A stretch of DNA of 63,347 bases, counting the filler, from Octopus bimaculoides (taxonomy: Eukaryota), in assembly GCF_001194135.2 (NCBI RefSeq). It is 4 parts of 4 records of this genome, joined end to end, with 100 filler letters (N's around TTAATTAATTAA, not from the genome) between each part and the next. Parts side by side here need not be neighbours in the genome. Positions count along the whole stretch, not along the records: positions 27,619 to 57,337 come from NC_068993.1; 3 more parts are not named here. One strand, given 5' to 3'. Below are positions 35,227 through 48,565 of this stretch, one piece after another. Below the pieces are notes generated by a model. The model had not been told where the DNA came from, searched no databases, and saw only the letters and a program-made list of their open reading frames with translations. The stretch's first letter is position 1; every line of letters begins with the position of its first letter. The translations under genes were made by a program, and so were the position numbers.

Positions 35227-36553
35227 TAATAATAATAATAATATAGTCATTGAGTTCGAAACTTTGGTATCGAGACGGTATAGTTGTTTTAGTAGACTTC
35301 AGTACATCTCGGTTTCTTTATTTTATGAACTCAGAACGAAAGAGCCGAAGAAGATATGCTAATGTTCAACATAGAAATAACAGTTGAGTGTAAGGCGTGG
35401 TCGACCAAAATCAGTTCGAATGCGTCGTAAGACATTTTTTTTTCTTTATAGATTCCATAAGCATCAAAATCGCACAGTTGATATCGATAAGATTTGAACT
35501 CAGTGACTTCCCCTTATTTCGATCCCAGCCCAGATCTCTCGGACTTCCGTCACAGATACCAGTTACAAAACTAAAAATTATTTAATTGATTTCTCTTCCC
35601 TTTTTCTTTGGCTACATTTAGTTGATATTTCGTTATTGATTTCCAGCCGCTTACATTATTTCTTCCCCACCCCGCCGCCACCTTTTCTGTGCTTTGATAT
35701 TCGTGCATTTTCTGTTGACTTTGTTGTTGTCCCTATTGTTGTTGGTCATGCTATTAATATAGTTGTTAGGCTTGTTCTTCCTCCTTAAATTCCTTTTTCA
35801 GGCAGTTGTTATTATTGCTGTTGTATTTTCCCTTTCAGTTTCCATAGCAACTACGTTTTAATTAAGAAGCTTTGTTAACTGGACCTGAATTCTGCTGTTT
35901 CGGCTGTGAATGAGGTGTGTGCGTTTATGTATTGTGACTGATGTCCATCGTGCATATTTTCTGCATGCCGGAGTGTTTTATTGTCTGTGTGTTCCATGTA
36001 CATGCATACACATGCATACATACATACAAACATACATACATACAAACATATAACTCGTGTCTTTGTGCATGGAATTTGATTGAGAAATACATACATACAT
36101 ACATACATGCATCCATACATACATACATACATATATATATATAATAAAAGAAAATAGAGAGTTCAAACTGACATATGTTAATTTATTAACGTTATATTAA
36201 TAATCCCTACAATTGTTTCGATTCAAACTCAAAATCAATAACAAACTTATAAAAATTCATGTTTTGGAAACATTTTGAGTAAAAATCTTATCAGGGTAAA
36301 TAATGACAAAAAAATTACATATTAGATGTTTGAGATCCTTAAACAGACTAAACTAATGAATATATGTCTCTGTATGTAAGTGTGAGCATCAATAACATCT
36401 TTTAAAAAATAAAAAATTTAAAAAAAACTAATGTAATGGTTTTAAATATGTATATCAAACGTATATGTGAATATTTTGGAATATTAATTTAAGTGTGTTT
36501 TTGCGCGTTAGGATTGCGTACAATTAAAGGTTGAGATTTTCAAACCATTTTAA

Positions 36554-37780
36554 AGCCTCAGTTTAATACATCGACTACTTTTTCACGTTTAATTTGGGTC
36601 AAAATTTTAATTAGCAAAAGCCTAATTTATAAATCGTAGCCAAAATACGAAAATGTATGGTAATTTATGTACGATTGCATACATCAAATACGTATACTTC
36701 TATAAAACGCTCATTGATGAACCATTGCCGTCGACGATTTTCTCTTTTATATATTCATCTTTGCCCTTGACTGACTTAGCATATATAGTGTATAAGTACT
36801 TATCGATATTTCCCAAATATCCACTATCGATGAGAAATTTGAAGCACACATCAGAAGCTACTTATATATATATGTATNNNNNNNNNNNNNNNNNNNNNNN
36901 NNNNNNNNNNNNNNNNNNNNNNNNNNNNNNNNNNNNNNNNNNNNNNNNNNNNNNNNNNNNNNNNNNNNNNNNNNNNNNNNNNNNNNNNNNNNNNNNNNNN
37001 NNNNNNNNNNNNNNNNNNNNNNNNNNNNNNNNNNNNNNNNNNNNNNNNNNNNNNNNNNNNNNNNNNNNNNNNNNNNNNNNNNNNNNNNNNNNNNNNNNNN
37101 NNNNNNNNNNNNNNNNNNNNNNNNNNNNNNNNNNNNNNNNNNNNNNNNNNNNNNNNNNNNNNNNNNNNNNNNNNNNNNNNNNNNNNNNNNNNNNNNNNNN
37201 NNNNNNNNNNNNNNNNNNNNNNNNNNNNNNNNNNNNNNNNNNNNNNNNNNNNNNNNNNNNNNNNNNNNNNNNNNNNNNNNNNNNNNNNNNNNNNNNNNNN
37301 NNNNNNNNNNNNNNNNNNNNNNNNNNNNNNNNNNNNNNNNNNNNNNNNNNNNNNNNNNNNNNNNNNNNNNNNNNNNNNNNNNNNNNNNNNNNNNNNNNNN
37401 NNNNNNNNNNNNNNNNNNNNNNNNNNNNNNNNNNNNNNNNNNNTATATATATATACATATATATATATATAAGTAGCTTCTGATGTGTGCTTCAAATTTC
37501 TCATCGATAGTGGATATTTGGGAAATATCGATAAGTACTTATACACTATATATGCTAAGTCAGTCAAGGGCAAAGATGAATATATAAAAGAGAAAATCGT
37601 CGACGGCAATGGTTCATCAATGAGCGTTTTATAGAAGTATACGTATTTAATGCATGCAATCGTACATAAATTACCATACATTTTCGTATTTTGGCTACGA
37701 TTTATAAATTAGGCTTTTGCTAATTAAAATTTTGACCCAAATTAAACGTGAAAAAGTAGTCGATGTATTAAACTGAGGCT
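36554..37780. repeat. Inverted duplication (~320-bp arms, 36554-36877 and ~37460-37780) around an N gap
   Basis: Arms are reverse complements with two substitutions seen in the unique part (GCATACATCAAA vs GCATGCATTAAA). Confidence 0.9.
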
Positions 37781-37800
37781 ATACGAGTATAGCTAAATAT

Positions 37801-37852
<52 letters not shown>

Positions 37853-38362
37853 GTAGTCGTAAATCAATTACGAAAGGTAGATTTTGTTTTGTTTACCTAG
37901 ATTTACCAGTCTCCACATGTTCAAGTCCATTAAGAAGATTTATATTCATGGCAAGTATCAGTGAACGTCCGTCAACGGCCTTATGCACGTTCTACTGTTT
38001 CTGATTATGCACCTTAATGTAAACATAGAATATAATAAATTTCATAGAAATTTCCTCAACGGCTGACAATATTATCAAAGTACTCAGTCGTTATCCAGCA
38101 GAGGTTAAGTGCGCACGCTATTTATACATCTTTATTAGTATCGTTTTATTAATGTTTGTTTTATTGGGTTTGCTTCAGCTTTGGATACAATCACACATAC
38201 ACACACAGAGGCATACACGCGCGCACGCGCACGCACACATACACACACACACACAAAGCACACGCCTATACATTCACACATCTTTCTTTATATAAATAAA
38301 TGAAATATATACATGTTTATGTATGTTTGTGTGTATAATATAATATAAAGTTTAGCTTCTAT

Positions 38363-38407
<45 letters not shown>

Positions 38408-39244
38408 AACTAATACAGAATGGGACAAGGACGCAGTGACACCGATGATGGTGGCGGTTTGAATCAACAGACACAATAACCAGAGTTTCTTGCAGTGTTG
38501 TTTTGTATTAATTGAATGCAAATTTCCCCTTATTACTTAAATAGTTCAATTTGACGAAACATTCTCAACATTAAAGATGTGCTGACGGCGGTTACTAAAA
38601 TATAGGTTCTAAACCTCTAACGGTTTATATCTTGAGATATAAGTAGTATATGTATAAATACTGCTGAGCGAAACATAAATATATACACATACAACGACAC
38701 ATTTCGTCGCGACTAATTTCTCAAGCGGCCTTCTTTGGAATTTCATAATGGCTTATTTGATTGTCGCCTGGATTTCGCCTTTAGAAGCTCAGCTCTATTA
38801 CACTCTAATAAATTCGTTGCTGGTTTTCATTACCGCTCTAATAAATTTGCTGGAATTCATACTAGTTCATGCTAATTCATGCTAAAAGAATATCTGTTAA
38901 TCAGCGAAGCGTACAAAATGCTTACATGGACGTTTGTTTGGATGTATTAACAATAACTCACTGACTGAGCTTAGTATATTAATTTCCTTTTACCAACATG
39001 AAGCATAAATGAGTGTGTGCACACGCGCATGTGTATGTGCGTGTGTGCATGGTTGCATGTCTATGCGCGTGTATATTTGTGTGTGTGTGTGCACGCGCGC
39101 ATTGGTGTGTATATGCGTGTGCATCGTGTGTGTGCATGTATGTATATATGTGTGTGTACGTGTGTGTATTAGTGTGTGCGTGTATGTGTATATTAGAATA
39201 TGGTCAGCTGTCACTCACGAGTGAGTATAGCTTAGTAATATTTA

Positions 39245-39435
39245 CAGGGTTATTCTAAAGAAAAATATTAACCGATTGCATTATACAATATTTTAATAAG
39301 GAAAAGCAATAGAAAGCTCCAGCTGAGTCACAAGTATTTACTCACAATCAACTTTTATTTCCTGTCCTACAAGTGTTCAATGTGGCCACGCCTGCAGCAC
39401 GGGCAACATCAATGCAATAAGAGAGATCCTCCCAA
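39245..39435 (+). mobile_element. Solo left arm of the MITE at 50765-51223
   Basis: TA|CAGGGTTATTC.AAA...AACCGATT...CAATATTTTAATAAGG.AAA.CAATAGAAA.CTCCAGCT.AGTCA.AAG. Confidence 0.75.
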
Positions 39436-39523
39436 AGGAGGTTACCTTGTTAGCACACAAATACAGACTATGTATTCACCAACGCAGTGTTGTGCACTGA
39501 TTCTCACAGTTCACTCATTCACA

Positions 39524-39555
<32 letters not shown>

Positions 39556-40984
39556 NNNNNNNNNNNNNNNNNNNNNNNNNNNNNNNNNNNNNNNNNNNNN
39601 NNNNNNNNNNNNNNNATATATTGTATGCATATATGTATTACATTATAAAGATAATTTCAACAATACATGGTTTAGACCTTTATCTGAAGAGATGAACATG
39701 GATCCCAAGGAATATGTTGCTATATTACGTAATCCTTCTTTATATTCATGATATATCTAAACTATGAAACTATGTATTATTGAAACGATTGTAATGAAAG
39801 GATAAATGTAATATCATCACCTCCATTTTGGGATTTAGTCTATTGTACTCCGTGGCTTATAAATTCTCTCCGGAATTGCAATTTGTACGGAACAGTTCCG
39901 TCCAACACATGTTCGAAAAACAGCACAAGTTATCTTCTGATCTGAAACTTCGCAGGAGAGATCGTGACAGAGTAGATATCGCCGAAGACATCCAAGGACC
40001 AGAAGGTGATTTTAGCTGATTGGTCTGACAGTTTACGTCAACCATAGAAAAATAGGATAGCATCCTCCAGTGGACTTCTACACAGTTTCTGTGGACGATA
40101 TTTCACCTGGAAGGCTTTGGTCAACTTGCGGGGGGGGTGATATAGTAGAAGCCTCTTGACCAAGTTACTGATTATGAGGTTGCAAATGGGTTTCGTAACT
40201 ACACATCCTACCTAGTACTAGCGCTCTACTGGATCAGGGTTATTCTGCGGCTGAAGAATAATCAAAACAAAATTTGAAAGTTTACCATGATCTCAACTGA
40301 CTTCGACAACTGATCGATAGTCAGATAGCCTAGTTTTGCAAACTGTTGTAATAATCAATGTCTATACATCTCAGATGTTCCCTAGCAACAACAGGTATAG
40401 TTTTACGCTATCGCTGATATCCTGGAGATACAGGATATCGTAAGAAGCAGTTTTAAAGCTTTATCAACATATTGCGATAAGGGCTCTCTTTTTTTTTCTG
40501 TGATAGTCGTTCTTTTACTGTTAATGCTATTTAACCCCGAGTCAAACCTGATCGAGCAGATCTGTTACCAAAGACATTCCAAATATGACCCTTATGACTT
40601 TTTTCTGAGGACAGAATTGTGTACACTTGACTATATTATCAAATGTAGCGGTCTAATTTCAAGACATGGCTGGTATTTCTAGCAAGACCAGTTGAGTGGC
40701 GCGCTCTTTACATTTATACATTTATAGGTTCGTATTTGAATCTTAAATTTGTTCGTTGATTGATAAGCTTCACTACTTGATTATGCAGCTTGGAAACACA
40801 AATCTGCTGCTTTGTAAACCGACGGGGAAACAAAGGACGGTGGTCTTCGAAGTTCAGACGTCATTCGTTATCAGAAATCCAATGATTCAGTAATTGTTTC
40901 TTTGGAAATCTGTATCCAACGGATGTAATCTTTGCAAATTATGATGATATAAAATAAATAGATAAATAGATAAATAAATAAATA

Positions 40985-41147
40985 GGCGTAGGTGTGTGGT
41001 AAGAAGTTTGCTTCCCAACCACATGGTTCTGGGTCCAGTCCCGCTGCGTGGCACTGAGAAAGTGTCTTCTACTATAGCTTCAGGAGCACCAAAGCCTTCT
41101 GAGCGGATTTGGTAGGCGGAAACTGAAAGAAGCCCGTCGTATATATG

Positions 41148-41209
<62 letters not shown>

Positions 41210-41254
41210 CGTGTGCGTGCGTGTGTGTGTGCGTNNNNNNNNNNNNNNNNNNNN

Positions 41255-41290
<36 letters not shown>

Positions 41291-41400
41291 CGTGTGTGTT
41301 TGTCCCCCACCACCGCTTGAAAAACCGGTGTTGGTATGTTTTCGTTCCTGTAACTTGGCAGTTCTGCAAAACACACCGATAGAATAAATACCAGGTTTTA
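40985..41400 (+). mobile_element. SINE family B, near full length with internal (TA)/(TG) microsatellite
   Basis: GGTAAGAAGTTTGCTTCCCAACCACATGGTTCTGGGTCCAGTCCCG...GGAAACTGAAAGAAGCCCGTCG-(TA/TG)n-GTTTGTCCCC...CCGATAGAATAA.TAC.AGG. Confidence 0.85.
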
Positions 41401-42419
41401 AAAAAAATGCAATTTTTTAGATTTGGTCTCATATATGAAAGCAATATTTCAGTTTCACTTATGTCGATGACACTCTTTTAAAGACATAAAATTACTCTAC
41501 TTTCAAATAATTCCTTGACCCATCAAACATTAAACTTTTGCTTCTCATAAAACAAAAGAGCCGACATTTTAATTGTATTTCTTTTATTGGACAACAGACA
41601 AATGAAAGACAACAGACGCTGACTTCGCGCTGAAAAATGTGAAACTTCCGACATTTTCACAAACCTTTACTTTGCAATTTATTTTTGTTTTTACTTCGTA
41701 TCTGCCTTAACCAACAGACCTATAATCAATGGCTTTCCAGTCATGACAATTTTGTCTATTCATATCTAAGGCTACATTATTCAATATGTCCTTCATGTTT
41801 ATAATAGGTATGCTCTGATTTAAGGGCATTTGGTAACTATTTCCTATTGTTCACATAACCATATGAGACTCCCACATTGCTTCAAGTAGCACGTGACTCC
41901 TCTTCAAATTACTCTGACATCTTAAAATGTGAAGAACAAATTTGATCATTTTCTTGATTACATTTGTCTGGAAATGAAAACATGAAAAGTTAGAATGGTT
42001 ACGGATGGAATACTAATACTTTGGTCCTCCCTTTCGTTACCAACCCGGCTGAAACCGGCTCTGGCTTGTTTTCATAAGTTTTGAATTAAAATCTTCCACC
42101 AAAACTTAATCACAATTCATGTTCCTAACACTAGCTGAATGATAACTAAGTTATTTTACCAAATTCTTTGTTATAGTTAAAGTAATTGAAAGAAACACAG
42201 ATCATCTCAAAATAAATACAGTAACGAAAGGGTTAATCATAAAACTTTGTTCATTAAAAATTCCAGTCGACCTGGACCGACCGAGGGTTAAACAACAACA
42301 ACAATAATAGCAATTAGAAAAATTCTTGTAAAACTAAACTCAGTACCGTTAAATAATAAAGAAATGCAGGAATGGTAATCCTGTTTCTAAGATTATTGAT
42401 TTCTATCTTTGGCAAAAAT

Positions 42420-42960
42420 CCTCAAACTTTGAAATAGGTATACTCAATTAGATTAGACCTAGTACCTATCTGCTAAGTATTTTATTAACCCCAGAAGAAA
42501 CAAAGACAAAGTTGACTTCAGCACGATTTGAACTAAGGTGCGCAACTAAACACTGCAGCGATATTGCCTGTCACTCTACTGACCTCCCGTCTTTTCAATA
42601 GAATTATTCTTTTCTACTCTAGGCACAAGGCCCGAAATTTTGGGGGAGGGAACAGTCGATTAGATCGACTCCAGTACGCAACTGGTACTTAATTTATCGA
42701 CCCCAAAAGGATGAAAGGCAAATTCGACTTCGGCGAAATTTTAAATATTCTTTTCTACTCTTGGCACAAATCACAAAATTTTTGGGGAGGCGATCAGTCG
42801 ATTAGATCGACCCCGGTATGCAACTGGTACTTAATTTATCGACCCCGAAAGCATGAATGGCAAAGTCAGCCTCGGTGGAATTTGAACTCAGAATGTAAAA
42901 ACAGACGAAATACCGATAAGCATTTCGCCCGGCGAGCTAACGTTTCTGCCAGCTCTAGCC
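42420..42960 (-). mobile_element. Head-to-tail array of family A SINE copies (one full, two to three truncated)
   Basis: Repeated TTCTACTCT.GGCACAA...GTCGATTAGATCGAC.CC.GTA.GCAACTGGTACTTAATTTATCGACCCC at 42612 and 42753. Head at 42930-42958. Confidence 0.8.
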
Positions 42961-44292
42961 GTTGCTTTCAGCACACTGTGGACTTAATGCCTCTTCGTCA
43001 GATATATCTCAATCTGACGAATGAACGCCTTACCTGTATTGTTACAATAACACTCCTATTAGTGCATCTTCCAGGTGTTACATTTGGTTCAGCTGTAAAA
43101 TACAATTCTGATATCAAAGAACAAAATCGTTTGACATCGATTGAAGAACTTCAATTCTTGTTCAGATTATTTTCACATAACAGGAAGGTTTTTGAAGTAC
43201 ATCTTAAGAAAAAAACATCTTACCAAGTTATTGCCTGTAGCCTAATTCACAAGGTGTTTAATCTATTTAAGTCTAATCTAACAGGCAATACACCTCGTCA
43301 ATATATCGACAAGGGCCTCACTCACACGATACCTCGCCTAGATTTTACCTGTATAACTCACACACGATCTGCATCAAAGCCATAGATCGCAGTTAACTCA
43401 CAAGATGTTACTTCACTGAGCTATCGACCGCAGGATAACATATAAGACAGGTGTTCCAGGCTATAACAGCAAGGAATCTATTTTCCAATTAAATTTTTAT
43501 AGATTTTCTTTTTTATACAACATTCATTTCAAAGTTGTAGTTCCAGTTATAAATAGTTTTGAAAAATGTTTAATGTGGACATTTCGGAAGCTGACATGGC
43601 ACAGGTGACATTAGACAATATGAGAAGTGCATAACTGTCACATGGCTTGCCATGTCGGAAAAAACAAGGACTGTTAGAGCTAGGGTAGAATACATAGAGA
43701 AATACTGCAGCCTGTCAGTTGACACATAACCAGAGTGTCTGGTCAGTGAGTGCTTGCTAACCAACCCGACTGCATTGAGTCTGACTGATGCCTGGAATAT
43801 GTGTAGCAGTTACCCTCTCTCACATGAATGATGGGTATCGTATTTGTAGGTTACACTTAAAATTTATAGTAAAAAATGCTACAATTATTCTTGGATAAGG
43901 AGAATATTTAAGCACATGGTGTTACCTAGCGGACAGATATTAGCCTTAAATTTTGGTACAAGACCAGCAAGTTCGGGGAAGTAATTAAGTCGATTACATC
44001 AACCCCAGTGCTCAACTGGTACTTATTTTATCGACCCCGAAAAGGATAGCCGGCTAAATCGAAAAGGATAGCCGGAAAAAAAATTATTTATAAAATGTTT
44101 TGAAAATTTTGGATTTTAAATTTTGACTTAGACAGCCCCTGGCACTAGTTTTAGAGTGTTCTATCATTTCACTATGAAATACGAACGTATGACTAGATCT
44201 TGAGCATTATGTCGTCGCTCCATCGATTCGCGTCTAAAAAGTTCAGTCTAACATCTTCCGTATACTCTATACACTCGTTAACAACGTGTTAA

Positions 44293-44480
44293 GATGGCGG
44301 ACTGGCAGCATCGATAGCATTTAGTCCGTCCTTACGTTCGTTCTGAGTTCAAATTCCGCCGAGGTTGACTCTGTCTTTCATCCTTTCGGGGTCGATCAAA
44401 ATAAGTACCAGCTGAGTACTGGGGTCGATGTAATCATCTTACTCCTCCTCCGAAATTGCTGGCCTTGTACCACAGTTTGA
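44293..44480 (+). mobile_element. SINE family A
   Basis: TTCTGAGTTCAAATTCCGCCGAGGTTGACT...CATCCTTTCGGGGTCGAT. Confidence 0.8.
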
Positions 44481-44988
44481 AGCGAATATCCTTAACAACG
44501 AGAACAGTTGCATTACGAAGTGTTGCGATAAAGGTATAACCTTCACTGTGTCATATTTTTCTTTTATTAAGCGGATTTATAATCCATTACATATCCTATA
44601 TTTACTAGATTAGGCAGGATATTTATCACTAGGAATTGCTCAGACTTCCCACTCAAACGAACTCATAAATCTTTGTCATTAAATCTGGATCAAAATATAC
44701 GCTTCACATTGGAAAGCCATGTAATGTCTCTGTAATTGTGAGAGTCGTTGATTAAAACAATATCTGTGTCGATGAGTGTATTTGCCAGAACACAAATGAA
44801 TCTGTGGTTGGATGTTTGTAGGAGAGCGGGAAAGAGGGAGGAAAGGAAGATGGAAAAACAAAGGTAAACATCACAAGATAAGAAGTAAGTCGGAAGCCAA
44901 CTGAATCCACAGCCTGGTCTTATTTACACGTTGAAGCCATTTTGTTTCACACACATAGACAAATGCACTCGCACAAACACATATACAG

Positions 44989-45030
<42 letters not shown>

Positions 45031-46514
45031 ATACAGTATATATATATATATATATATATATACAGACACACACACACACACACACATANNNNNNNNNNNN
45101 NNNNNNNNNNNNNNNNNNNNNNNNNNNNNNNNNNNNNNNNNNNNNNNNNNNNNNNNNNNNNNNNNNNNNNNNNNNNNNNNNNNNNNNNNNNNNNNNNNNN
45201 NNNNNNNNNNNNNNNNNNNNNNNNNNNNNNNNNNNNNNNNNNNNNNNNNNNNNNNNNNNNNNNNNNNNNNNNNNNNNNNNNNNNNNNNNNNNNNNNNNNN
45301 NNNNNNNNNNNNNNNNNNNNNNNNNNNNNNNNNNNNNNNNNNNNNNNNNNNNNNNNNNNNNNNNNNNNNNNNNNNNNNNNNNNNNNNNNNNNNNNNNNNN
45401 NNNNNNNNNNNNNNNNNNNNNNNNNNNNNNNNNNNNNNNNNNNNNNNNNNNNNNNNNNNNNNNNNNNNNNNNNNNNNNNNNNNNNNNNNNNNNNNNNNNN
45501 NNNNNNNNNNNNNNNNNNNNTGTGTGTGTGTGTGTGTGTACATAGATATCTGTATATAAGCATATACATTTATGTATATACGTTTATATATTACATATTT
45601 ATACAAATACACCTTCCTTATTCATCTATCACCCCTTCCTTTCTCATTCATATGTTGTGACGGAGAAAAAACATAAGAGTACTATTATAGTAGAAGATTA
45701 TCTTTCTCGTATCTCCTTCTCCTGTGTGCTTGCCCAGCATTATTGGTTACTATGGAAAAAGAGTTTTTTGCCACGGTGATGTGTAAAATACTCGTCGCTT
45801 CTGATTGACTAAAATACCCAAATTTTGCAAATTTTAAAGGCTAATAACTTTTTAATTTTGGATTTATAGGGAAAATGAATTTCATAATTAGTATACAAAG
45901 CTTAATCCATATATCAAATTTAAAAACAATTAGAACAAAATTGTAAATAGTGACGAAAACCACAAAGATCCGTCGAGACCAATGAAAATTATATATGACA
46001 AATTATGAGAGAAAATCTAAAATAATTTTTAAGCGTTGAATTGCTTGGTTTCAAGAACGCAACTTTATTGCTTCAGTTAATAGATGAAGGAATGATAACT
46101 AAGCTTAAGACATTTTATCTAAGAGCTGTGAGACAATACGTAAGTGCAATTTATGGTTCGAAAAGCATGCAGTTTCAGACTTCTAGAAAATTTCAATATA
46201 AAGGATTTTGTGAACAACATAATCGCAACATTGAAAGCGTTCGAGGAAACATAAGATCAGATTGTATTCATGATTGTGCAAGTTTCTCTCTTGCAGAAAT
46301 TCTATATCATATTTAAAAAGATATTGTGTTACTGGGAAATTTGATAGGCTTTAAAGTAATCGTAGATGTTGTGCTAATGTTCCAAAGAAAACGCTTTTTA
46401 AATGTTAGAAAAAGAACATGAAGATGATATAAAAACTCCATCACCTACTGCAACTGACTGTGAAGTATACAAATAAAGGGTTGGCACTTACGGAGACAAT
46501 TTTACTGTGTGTGT

Positions 46515-46551
<37 letters not shown>

Positions 46552-47161
46552 TAATATTTCTTATATAAAATAGATGTGTGTCTGTGTATTTGCTTTTTAC
46601 GCGAAAACGGCTGCGTGAATTGCTTCCATATGTGGGATGCATGAATAATTTGACCTTGGATACATAATAGGGTCTTCATTTTATTTTATTTATTGCCTTA
46701 TATATATGATTCACTTCTTTAAAAAGGTTTCTCAATGTCAACTTCTGGTATTGATGTAGCAACAGCGAAATTTTCCGTTTTCATTTGCGAAATATCTCAC
46801 TCTCCGTTTGAATGTTTTCATTTCAAGTGTTAATTTGCTACTCACTACTTTAAGTGGTTAGAGAATCGAACTCACTACTCAGTGGTTAGAGCATACATAC
46901 ATACATACATACATACATACATACAATCTGAAGTTTGAAATGTTTAATCAAATTAATACAAAATACTCAGCGATATTGAAAATATCAAGTAGAATGTTCT
47001 CGAATATGCAGATTTATGCAAATATCCTTTCAGGTAAATATCTATTCTACAAGTCGAAACTGATTATCAAAGAAAAATATGATAATTTCACTTTGATAAC
47101 CGGCGTCGGCTTGCGAAATAGAACTATATCTGAAATGTTCTTGAATAAATCTGCATATTGG

Positions 47162-47198
<37 letters not shown>

Positions 47199-48409
47199 CG
47201 CATACACACACACATGCATACATACATACAGTATTAAGTATGTCCGCATCCATTGTGTGGGGGGTTTTATTCCTGTTTTTCCGTCGTTCTCCTGTACCAC
47301 ATTTTTATTATATATTCATGTGGGTGGGGTACAAATATGTGTACATATATTCTCTTCTGTTTTTTTAATTATTTGAAGTCTTCTTTTAAGGAAGGTGCTC
47401 GTTTCTAACAAAAATACAAAGCTCCATATTTGGAATATAGATGACAAAAACGATGTCACATTTTAAACTTGAGAAAAGTCTTGCATATTTTTACTGTTCC
47501 GCTTACACATTGTTTGTGTAATATGCGTTTTAGCTGGTTGATTCGTTTTACTTAAAACCCTAGCTGATCTAAATTTTCATGTAAACATTTACTCAAAAAA
47601 TCAAGTACACCAATTATTATTGGTATAAATGTGAACTTACAATGTGGATAACGAGGCAGTTGGTCTTAGTCATCTGCTTTCTCTTTGATTTGTGAAGATT
47701 TATTCACATCATCATGGCGGTTGGTCGCTCTGACGGTACATTTCTTGTCTCACCCAAACAACAATATCCGTTTGATAACATTTGCACTTGGTATGTTTTG
47801 ATAGGAATGTTCGGCCGCAACCATGCCAGGAATCCCTAACAGACATTAGCTTTCACAGGCCCTCGGTTTCATGTATCTCTCAAACCATAGCACCGATTTA
47901 CTCGACTTACTTTCCTTTGAATAAAAAACCATCTCACATTGTGTAGACGTACGTGTGTGTATAAATATGTGAGATTGTGAGTATACGTGTGATTGAGAAA
48001 CAGCGAGAGAAAGAACATGTCGCAGTGGAGATTGTGATGCATAATATTTTCGACAAAGCGAAAAGACTTGTGGCCTGAATATCTCCCAGACCAAGATGAA
48101 AAGCGTGCAGATGGTACATATACCACGAAGCATAGGATCAGCCCAGACTTCCTGGAACCTCCAGGTTCCAAGCTAACAGGAAGGAAAGGTTCCACTTCAC
48201 AGATTTGAACTCCGTTTTGAAAGCAATCGTGAAGCACGATAGCCACCTACAGATAGAAAGATTATCATTAGTCTTGCGATCATATATTACAATCACATAT
48301 TTAAGAGTGACGAAGCTAGTAGCATGAACGTCACTGTGCTACATGGGTATTTTCTTATAAGCGAGTGCCTCGTTTGAGTTTTCTGCGTTCTATTCCATAT
48401 TTTTCATGT

Positions 48410-48565
48410 GTTTACGTGCCCGTAACTTAGTGGTTCCCCAATAGAATCCGATAGAATAAGTATTAGGCTTACAAAGAATAAGTCCTGGGGTCGATTTGTG
48501 CGACTAATGGCGATGCTCCAGCAAGGCCGCAGTCAAATGACTGAAACAAGTAAAAGAATAAAAGA
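48410..48565 (+). mobile_element. SINE family B, 3' part
   Basis: GTGTTTACGTGCCCGTAACTTAG...CCGATAGAATAAGTA...GCTCCAGCAAGGCCGCAGTCAAATGACTGAAACAAGTAAAAG. Similar piece at 53225-53380. Confidence 0.75.

Noticed and set aside
38288-38521. Signal-peptide-like minus ORF (KKLWLLCLLIQTATIIG)
   Set aside because: It starts at TTG rather than ATG, has no convincing donor, and runs into (TA)n.
42960-43021. Hammerhead-like CTGACGA...GAAA (minus strand) and a 10-bp inverted repeat TTCGTCAGAT/ATCTGACGAA
   Set aside because: Stem II pairs poorly and stem I is absent because the 3' side runs into a SINE head. Compatible with chance.
42711-43385. 224-aa ORF, the longest gap-free one in the track
   Set aside because: The first ~80 codons are antisense SINE family A copies. 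The remainder shows no recognisable domain, so this is probably a chance open frame.
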